The notes below the pieces were generated by a model, which was not told the DNA's origin, searched no databases, and worked only from the letters and a program-made list of their open reading frames with translations. A stretch of 64,000 nucleotides of DNA from Amoebophrya sp. A120 (Eukaryota; Protista; Dinoflagellata). Location of the stretch: contig CAJINV010000014.1 in the NCBI GenBank assembly GCA_905178155.1, positions 62,001 through 126,000 of the forward strand. Direction: 5' to 3'. The position numbers were made by a program, and so were the translations under genes. Below are positions 54,801-64,000 of the stretch, in pieces (position 1 is the stretch's first letter; each line of letters opens with the position of its first letter).

Positions 54801-57800
54801 GAGTAAAAACGTACCCACGCCAGAGTCAGGATGAGGATTTTGCAACACAAACCTAGGAGCTTTGTGCGTCACGCATGACAAGTTGCGCAATGCAGTGTAG
54901 TGCAGGTTAGCAAGTGCAGCCGCATCACAGATGCGTCTGCTCATCCTGTTCACAGCATCACAAATTCCAAAACACGACTGGAAATGGCTCTCATGGGGAT
55001 GCGCATTACAAGTCTTCCTGTCTTTGCAAATCTGCATTACAACTCTGGCGTGGGTACGTTTTTCCTCAGGATACGTCCTCGATGTGCGTGCCCGTCCAAA
55101 TTATCCTGTGGAAAATAAGCGACCTCCCCACGACCACACAAAATTTTCATGCAATTCTGCAAGCCTCAAATGTTTGTCTTGCAGAGCGAGGACCCCATGT
55201 TGAGGATCATTCTGTCATGCTGTCTGGCACTTTGTCATGGTAGAATCAGCATGAGCACCAGGGGATCGATTTTTTGTGATGCAGCTTGCTACAATTTAGC
55301 TAAGCGCGACGTTGACACGGCGATGAATCCGAAAGTGTCATGCGCGCCAGGAGCCAAAACTTGCCGGCCTTGTGTAGCCGAGTCCCCAACTTGATGGCTA
55401 TGGGGTGTTTATTATGTACAACTGGAGAAGCTGCAAGTAGGCCAAAATAAAGCACAGAGAAACTACTTCAAATCTATTTTAGGGAAGATGAAAAGGAGAG
55501 GATGGGGTCAAGGTCATCCTCATCTGATGGGGACAACATTATAGTTTTTGCATAGGATAAAAATGCAGGCGTTGTCACACTGGCTGCCCGACTTCTCGCA
55601 GAGGTTCTCGCCCGAGTTTGCCTTCGCCCCTTCATTGCTTTTTTCTAACTCGTCCGACGAGCACAGCCGGCGATTATTCAGGTGTTGGCATATCTTGACG
55701 GCCTCCGCAAAGGTGAACAGCCCGCCCTGGCCATCCGCCTGACAAGTGTCGAACACTCTGCCCGTGAGCGGGTGGGGAGGGGCGACGCAGTCCACCTTTT
55801 TCCCGTCCGTCTTGGTGTAAAAATTAACCGTCGACACAGCAGGCGCGTATCCAATATGGAAGCGCCAGGGTCGAAACAAATTGACAAAGTTGAAAGAATG
55901 TGCCACACAAAAGAATGAAGAGTACCAATTGATGAAGCTGCCCAGTTCATCTTCAAGGGGACGCATGGAACACTTTGGCAGCTGCAGCACCCTCGAGACC
56001 CAATTTATTATGTCATGTCCTTCTTCTTGTTCTTCTTTGCTCACCACAGAGGACCAGTGCTTTTGTCATCTTAATTTTTTTACCAGCTCGAGCTCTATGT
56101 CTATCTCAGGTGGCCCAATAAAAGAGGCTTACAAGAATCATGATCGGCTCCAGTCCTTGCCATCCCCGCAAGACGCCAGGCACTATAGGCCGATGCATTT
56201 TATACATCGCATCAAACTATTTCAACTTTGCGGATAATTTCGATCCTGCAGCTATCGTATCCAGGTCCACGGTATCAAATGCAAATATGTCTGGTTCTGG
56301 AAGAAAGAAAGTTTGTCACACAGGTTTCCCATGACCCATGAGGTCTACTGGAATCAATGCGGGGCCTAGCATCACAGATTTCCTGATCATGCCTATTCCG
56401 CATCACAAATGCCCTCTTGCTCGTCATGCAATACAAATCTTTTTAGGTGGGTCGAAACATCGCATCACAAGCTGCAACCTTCCAGACCCAGACACAGTTG
56501 CAATGCATACACGGATGTAGTCCTCGTCCCCACAGCAGAGAACCGGGAGTTTTGTGGTCCGCTTGTCTTTTTTGTGTTCCTCCGTTTGCTTGCCGGACTG
56601 GCAAGAGTCGTAGTTCCAGTCTGCATCGATCCAGTTCGTCGTATCACGAAGTTGCGCGCGTTGCACATACGCTTTAGATGCCCGGACGACGTCCAGAAAC
56701 ACCCGCTGCACGACGACGCCGTCTTGCCCGGGGACCAGTGCTAGCTCATAGATGCGTCCGTTACCGGCCGTGGGGTTGCCGGCATCGACCAGGTCGAAGG
56801 TGGTACTCACGTACCCAAGCCCGTAAGTAGCAGTTTCGGCCGCGTGCTGCGCGCTCGCCGCGCCATTCTCGGTGATATGAAAGCCTCAGGTTGGAAATCC
56901 TCAAAGTGAAAATTACTATCTATTATATTCATGCGAAAGTACTGGTCTAGAGAGGGAAAACGAGAGGTGGCAGGGAGGTCCAAAAGAGGTCAAAAGAGGT
57001 AAAAAAGAGGTCGACAGAGGTGGAGAGGTGGCGCGGAAGGTCATTCGGGAGGGTGGCCGAGAGGTGGCGCGAGTATAGCCCGCCGAACCGGTCGGCCTTT
57101 AGGGCCGCTAAGCGCCTCGGAGGGTGCCGAGAGGTAGAAAAGAGGGCGGCCGAGAGGTGGACAGAGGTGCAGAGAGGTTGCGCGAATAAGGGGAATCCTC
57201 TCGCGCACCCCCTGGGCCACCTCTCGACCACCTTTGTAGACCTCTACTGGCGAGTATAGCCGGATTAATAGCGGGGACCCCCAAAAGAGGTCAAAAAGAG
57301 GGTCTGCGAGAGGTCTGCGAGAGGGTAAAAACAGCAAGAAATTAATGGGCGCGGATCCGCATGGTGCTGCCCACATTTCGCACTGCAGGCCATTCGCGGA
57401 CTTGTTTTGCTCGGCGTCCTTCCGTGCCACCCACTTGCGCGACCCTCTCGCGCAACCCTCTCGCGCTACCCTCTCGCGCCACCCTCTCGCTCTACCCTCT
57501 CGCGCCGGGCGGCTTCTGTTCGCCCCCGGTGTTCTTTCCAGCTGCTCCCTGCGCAGAGCGCCCACAGGCGCGGGAAGCGCGCAAGCGGTCCTGCGGGTTG
57601 GCGCAACGCAAACAGGCGGCAGGACTCCAGTATGTTTCGCTATGCGCAGGCCCGTGGTGTTGCGGTCCAATCAACAAACAGTCTTGCCCCGGCCCAACAG
57701 CCTTGCGCTCCGGCGGCAGCCGGAGCATGGCTGGTAATTTGTAATGCAAAAAAACGACTCCAGTTAAGGCACCGCTTCTAGTCGGCGCATGACAAATTTC

Positions 57801-60800
57801 CCGGGCACTCAAAACGTGTCTGTCATGCTAGTTAGGCAAAGGAGTGCCCTTCTCTCATGCTACTCAGCAGCCCAACTCTGAACCCGTAGAAGCACAATAA
57901 TCGGCCTCCATTGCGTTCTCTGCAATACAGTCTTTTTGGTGTGGCATTTCATGCATCACAAATTATTTCCACGTTGAGGATTTCCATTCTGAGGGTGTCA
58001 TAGGTGAAAGCGTTCCTCGACACGGTCCGCCAGTTCGGCGGCGCCCTGGCCCCCTCCACCTTGACCCACAGAAACTCACTATCATCGTTTTCCTCCGGAT
58101 TGTAGTACTCGCTGCCCGGCACGTCACTCGGGGGCCGACCACGGACGCGCGCCGCCACGCGCAGGTGATGAGCGTCCGGTAGCGAACGCAGCCCCATGAA
58201 GTAGAATACTGCCTTGCTAGAAGACAGGTCCTGATCACAAGAGGCGCTGTCATCTGGACCGGTTTCGCACGTCCTGTGGCTGCCCCCCAGTTGGCGGGAA
58301 CACCAGATCCCAACAGGCCCGTGCTGATCCTGCTTCCCGGGCATCTCCAAATCGGTCCAGCACCCGTTCTTGCGAGCCGCTGCATGTCCGTCGATGTAAC
58401 GGTTGGTGGCGATACTGCCGTAGGCGACCGACGACAGCGTAGGATCGTCTACGTTGTTCGCGTACACTATACCGGCGCGTTCCGCAGTCACAATCTGAAA
58501 GCCCTTCTTATGGCGTTCTCAAGTGTTACATTCTCAACTGTTACACGGATTGGAATTGCAAGAACGGCAAAAGTGAAAGGGGGAAGATTGCGCCTTTTGC
58601 ATTACAGATTTGGCGTAGATTTAGATGCTGTTATGCCCTTCGGAGATTTGTCATGCGAGGCAGCTTCATCGTGGCGATCTTCATCTTGCTGGTAAATTTG
58701 CATGACAAATCATGTAACAGTTGAGAATGTAACGTTTCGGAGTCCCATACTTCTCGCGGTTCACCGCGTGATGGCCCGCGGGGACCTGAGTTTGCGCGGT
58801 GCCAGGGGCCGGTTGGAGCACGAAAAACTGCCAATTCCAGGTTCTTGTATTGGCTAACGGACCGGGGCTCCGGTTCAGGACCCGGTCGCTGACCGGGTAG
58901 CGGTTGCTCCACAGCATGCAGCAGGTCCGCTGCATCTGCTCCAAGTTCTCGACCGAGTCTTGTGCGAAGAGTGACTCGATGGAATCTGGGTGACGGTAGA
59001 CGGACTCAGTTTCGGGCACGACGCCATCCTCGTTGGCTTTTCCTTTGAAAACACTAAAGGACGTGCAGCCAACGGTGGAGCGACAGCGGTCGGCGCAAGT
59101 CTGGGGCTCCCCGTCAAACGGGGTAGTGATCAGGGTAGTGGTCAGGCGACTGAAGGTATGGAAAGAACAAAAGTTTATCATCGCTCCCACTCCACTACTT
59201 GTATTTTCTTATATTGATTGTGCAGGTCGTTTCAACATTATTGCATCTGAAATTCTTATATCTACTTCTGGCACCATCTTCACTTGTTACAGTATAATTG
59301 CAAAAACACAAGGCAAATGATCCCGTATGAAGTTGTTTAGGGTTGTGAAGGAGATGCATGTTGTTGATGCATCATGACTCAGATGATTTTTGTATTAAAA
59401 GAGCGCCGATGAGTGATCGTTGCGAAGAACTTTTTTGGTTTGATATAAGGCGGCTTCCTGGGGCCCGACTTCGCCGACTGCTTCAAATATCAGAGCGCAC
59501 AACTACTGCTCCTCCTCCCCCTCCTCACCGGAAGCAGGGCGTGAGCTGCAACACAGGAAGCGGCAGACACGTGGGCCCCGCATGACAAATCTTTTGCACA
59601 CGGCTTGTAGTAGTCTTTGAGGTTCTTGTTGTTCCAAATAAATCAGTCATGCAGAAGATACATAGTGATTATTTTGCATTCACAAATGAGGGGGAGGGGC
59701 GGGAGTTGTGCACTCCGATATCAAACAAATGGAAGCCACAAAAGCCCCAGGCTCCGCCTGTTTTGCTCAACGTTACCGCCGAAATTTTTTGATCCACATA
59801 CTCCCTCAAAGACACCCAAGTCCCGTACGGCGAGAGGAAACTTGGCAGGGTCCCTACAGTAATGCTGTTTGTTCCGTCCGAGGCGGTGATCGACGGCCCA
59901 GATATGGTGTAGCTGGCACCCTGGGCGAGCTCGTCGCTTCCGCCTCCACGGTCGATGTCTCGCCTGAACATGACGAAACCTGAGATGTGGCGTTCCGTGA
60001 ATTCGACTTTCCACCAGAAGTTGTTGTCGTCACTTTCCTTGTTGGCCCACCAACAGTAGTCGCAATATTGCCCGTCATACGACCAGGGCGCAGTTTGGTA
60101 CAACCGCTCATAGGGCTCGCTGTCCGGGGCCTGCTTGTTCGCTCGGTAGTCAGCCCGACACCGAAAACGGCACTCCTTGCTCCGTCTCCTTCTCCTTCCG
60201 TGCCCTCTTCTGCGAGTGCAGCGATTCGCAGAAGGATATTGAGCGGAAAAATCCCCCCTCCCCATATTGAAAAGGCGCGTTTCCAAAAATTTGCGTTCCT
60301 GATTTGAGGCTGCAAATCGCATTAGTTTTGCAAGAAGACAAAGGCAGAAGCTTCCGCCCCATTATGGAGGCGGTTAGTCATGCTGCTGGGCCTAAAGGGG
60401 AGCGGTTTGCCATGCTCGGCAACTAGACGCATACCCCCCTACCTAGCCTGGGGATCTGGCCGCAGTGCTTTCCTGCAATACAAATTTGCGTACACAAATC
60501 CAGCATCAGAAATTCCGTTTTGATATGGGGAGGGGGGATCTTTCCTTTTGATAAAGGATTCACGTTCACGAGTTCATTGGGAAACTTACGCGCCAGAGGC
60601 ATCTCCGGTACGTAGGGCAATTCTTTATCTTCCCAATTGCCGCTACTACTGGCTTCCATTTGCAGGTAGGGATGCACGAAGCGGCATCCTGAGTAAAAAC
60701 GTCCCCACCCCATAGTCAAGACTAGGCTGCCTAGGTTCTAGGTCAGAACTGCAGCCCAGCCAGAGCCTGCGGGACCCTGAGGGCAGTAGTCCCCAGCCCC

Positions 60801-63800
60801 TGCCAGCACGCGCATCGCAATAGATACCTCATATACACAGTGGCCACATAGATTATGCTTCTCTTCTCGTCGTAGTTCGTTCTCTCCTCTTTTCCTTTTG
60901 AAAATTTAAAACTTCTCTGTGCTTTAAATTGGTCTTTTCCAGTACATAAACACCCCATAGTCAAGATGGCAAATCTGCTAGACAAATCCGCAAGCTTCGG
61001 TTGCTTCGCATGAGAAGTTTGCCCTGGTAGTGTAGCCCCGTGTAGGTAGTAAAGCAGCATCACAGATCTAGCATACCATGCCGATTCTAGCATCACAAAT
61101 TCCACAGCACGACTAGAAATTGCGTCTCATGGGGCTCCGCACCAGACACTTTTTTGGCATGCAGATTTTCATGAAAACTCGCGGGTGAGGACGTTTTCAC
61201 ACAGGATAAGCTGCCCACGGACGGGGCGGCGGTGCTCTGTTCGAACAGCCAAAACCCACAAAAGACGAATATGGGACTCTCAAGCGTTTCGCTCTCGACT
61301 GTAGTTACATGATTTGTCATGCAAAATTACCATGAGCCACCACACGATGAAGCTACCGAGCATGACAAATCCCCGAGGGGCTACTTAGACAGCACCTAAA
61401 TCTGTGCAGAGTTTGCTATGCGAGTTGCACGCTTGCCCCTTGCACTCAGTGCCACTGTTTCGGTTCTTGCGTCACAAATTCTACATTCATGTAACAGTTG
61501 AGAATGTAACGTTGGAGAACACCATACCGAACGACTTCCCGTCGGAGTGAGAAATTTCGATGGAGGAGTATGGAAGCTTCCGGATCGAAATCGACAAAGT
61601 TGAAATCATTTGTTGCGCATATCAAAATGGATACCAGTTGGTGCCCAGTTTCCAAGAAGTGCTGCCTGCATGACAAATTTGGGTAGAGCCTGAATCCAGT
61701 TTGTCATGCTGTGTGCGAAAGGAAGACGCCTTTTGTCATGCTACCTTAGCAGCTCCATTTCTACCCCTCAACTACAGGCTTACGACCTGTCTCACTTGCC
61801 TACTCTGCAAGACAGGCATTTTGTGGCAGTGGCTTGCATTTTATGCACGTACAAGTTTTTCTATTTCTTCATCCACTTTGTTGATTTCGATTTTGACGCT
61901 TCCATACGGAGATTTTTCGCTCCAGCGGGACCCAGCTTCCGTACACGGAAATTGGGCTGGGCAGCGTGCTATCCTGTGCAAAAGTATCGCAGTCGTACTG
62001 ATCGCATTCGTCGTTCGTTCGTTCGTGTGGATCGGCTCTGCCGACCGGGTAACCCATCGCCTTGCATATAAATGACCGACATAGGCGAACCCCGTTGCGG
62101 GACATACAAATGGCCGCACGGAAGGGCCCTAAGCGCTACATACATAGTTCACCCTAGCGCCTACCACTTCGGTCGGGACTGAGTCAGCCTGGTCCTGGGG
62201 GCTCACAGCGCATTCATGCATTACAAATTTCTTTCTCAAGTTGAATCCGCATTACAAATTCTATTTCTCATGCTGAGGTGATTTGTCATGCGGTTTATAC
62301 TAGTACGATGCTTTTGCATTTCATACGTGCCGCTGTGGTTGTCGCTTAATTTGTACACCGCGGAGTTAATGTTCGCGTCCACGTCACTGCCGATCTGCCG
62401 CCCGAAAATCACAAAGCCGGTAATGTGCCGGCTATCAAATTCTGCCTTCCACCACGTGGCTGTTCCTGCGGCTGCAGCGGCCCGAAAGCAAAAGCTGCAG
62501 CCATCTTTGATACAGCGTGCCTGCTCGCACGAGGAGTCCCCCATGTTGCAGTCGACATGGTTCCCGAGGTCGAAGAGCATGTTTGGCATATGTCGATACA
62601 ACACGTTGACCGGCGCATAGGTAGGATCATCACCCTCCGAGCCAGAGCCATCGTGGCCGCTCGACGTCACCCCGTTCACTAGGTCACCGCCTAGTTTATC
62701 CACAGAAAAAAAAACCTCCCCTTCCCCATCCATTTTTTGCATGACAGACGCAGAATTTCATGTATGTTGGATGTGGATGGGTCTTTTTTCCTGGTGGATA
62801 TATTTCAAAGCGTGTGGGATCCACAAACTGGCCCGATGTCCCGCTCGGTAGAGTGCCCACCGGTTGCTCTTTATTCTGGCCTTCACACTGCCCATACATC
62901 ACCCACGGATCGGTATCTTGCCACACGAAGGGACGGGGCGGGTCAGCCGGTGACCACTTTCCCCGCAGGGCCAAGAAGCCGCCCTCGAGCTCGTTTTTGT
63001 AATGGGATACCTGGGCTTTGACTATCAAAGGCAAAAATATCTGGGTCTGGACGATTCTGGGATTTGTGATGCATATTTTGTATGATCCATGACGCATGTA
63101 ATGTATGATCTAGCATCACAGTTTTTTGGGAGGCTTCCTGATGCCTATTCCGCATGACAAATGACCTCCCCGCATAACACAAACTGGAGTCCTGTTGCTG
63201 GTCACGCAATACACATTTTTTTAGAATTCAAAGACAGCATGACAAGTTGCAATCTTCCAGACCCAGACATTTTTGCAATCCATATTGACGGTTTCGCGAC
63301 AATCGGGAGTCATGCGGGTGGTCATGGCGCCAATGCGCGGCGGTGGTATGGCGTTCTCAAATCGTTACACTTTCAGCTGTTACATAATTTGGCATGCAGA
63401 ACTACGATCAGAGCCGACGCAAGAACCGAGCTTCTTCGCATGGCAAATTCGCGAAACGCCAAACAGGCTTAGAATCTTTGTCAGAGCTGTCATGCAAGAC
63501 GCGTGAGGTCATTCCTTTCACGTTCGCCATTCTTGCATTACAAATTCATGTAACAGATGAGAATGTAACGTTTGAGGACGCCATAGGTGGTACGTGAAGG
63601 GCATGGAAGCGTCAGGATCGAAATCAATAGAATCGAAATGATTATGATTTGTGAAGACGCGGCATACAATCGAAGATGCGACCAGCTGGAGCCTCAGTCC
63701 TCTCCAAGTGGCGCGTGACAAATTCCGGCGCCACCAAAATCGAGTCCGTCGTGCTGTTTGGGCAAAGAAGACTGCTCCTGTCATGCCACTCTGGCAGCGC

Positions 63801-64000
63801 ATCGTCTTCCCTTAAACAGGCTTGCAATCGGTCTCATTTGCCTGCTCCCCAACACAGGCCCTACTTTCCCGACATTTAATGCATATGCAAATTTTTCGAC
63901 TTTGTCGATTTCGACCCTGCCACTTCCATAAGGGGCCCAGATTCCGTATTCTTCGTACAGGGGATCAGCCGTGTACATGTGGAAGCCGCAGATAGTGAGT
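48887..64000 (-). CDS. Gene A: paralogous giant Cys-rich adhesin-like protein, 5'-partial, 29 introner introns in window
   Basis: Same modules as genes B and D (WQDTDPWVMYGQC, TCADRCRSTVGCTSF, CCMLWSNRYPV, FYFMGLR..ARVRG, GPxQxxC...GACC...CVIP) plus lectin-like WWKAEF/WWKVEF modules. C-terminus YNEV|SGSFTGGIIDMECYR...SQST* (TAG 48887) is homologous to the end of gene B. Confidence 0.87.
51230..51446. mobile_element. Introner family N (2 copies)
   Basis: TATCAAATAAGAAAAACAGTTCGCCACGATCACT...AGTGACTGCGACAAACTTTTTTCTCTCCATA; repeat TGCAT. Second, inverted copy at 59157-59445. Confidence 0.8.
55102..55559. mobile_element. Introner family M (single degenerate copy)
   Basis: TATCCTGTGGAAAA...TTTTGCATAGGATA; repeat CAAAT/AAAAT. 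Removal gives CDNACI-W-TGTH, matching paralog CDHRCIWTGSH. Confidence 0.8.
56876..58002. mobile_element. Introner family K carrying a nested Helitron (copy 2, opposite orientation)
   Basis: Perfect GGTGA repeat. Reverse-complement similarity to 9962-11141, including the Helitron position. Confidence 0.9.
56913..57734 (+). mobile_element. Non-autonomous Helitron, copy 3
   Basis: A|TTACTATCTATTATATTCATGCG...GCTCCGGCGGCAGCCGGAGCATGGCTGG|T. Confidence 0.82.
60722..60950. mobile_element. Insert with 16-bp target duplication inside a family D introner
   Basis: CACCCCATAGTCAAGA at 60706-60721 and 60951-60966. Confidence 0.75.

Noticed and set aside
1063-63930. CRISPR array or integron-like cassette array (repeats with unique spacers)
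   Set aside because: The repeats are paired TIRs with 5-bp duplications, and the spacers are exons of continuous frames; no cas or integrase genes are present.
1-64000. Autonomous transposase or RepHel gene, rRNA or tRNA genes
   Set aside because: No recognisable motifs or structures were found by eye.

Overview
Eukaryotic DNA, most consistent with a syndinian dinoflagellate such as Amoebophrya (inferred from intron structure and unidirectional genes, not from a database search). The short six-frame ORFs hide five minus-strand genes. About 107 short elements (mostly 100-460 bp, about 15 sequence families) interrupt them; they begin TAT and end ATA (a few have degenerate ends), have terminal inverted repeats (TIRs), are flanked by a variable 5-bp direct repeat and carry many internal TTTGTCATGC-type motifs. 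Removing an element plus one repeat copy restored the reading frame at every junction I translated by hand (about 60), in either element orientation and without GT-AG, so these behave as non-canonical introner introns. Three genes (48887->64000, 26083-47595, <581-11271) are paralogous giant secreted Cys-rich proteins with PAN/Apple and discoidin/F-lectin-like modules. One (22677-24815) is a small secreted Cys-rich protein, and one (14518-20166) is disrupted. On top of this lie three copies of a non-autonomous Helitron nested in introners, retroposon-like fragments with microsatellite tails, and insertions with 40-75 bp direct repeats, one of which captured a 943-bp piece of a neighbouring gene. 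Coordinates were read by eye and may be off by a few bases.
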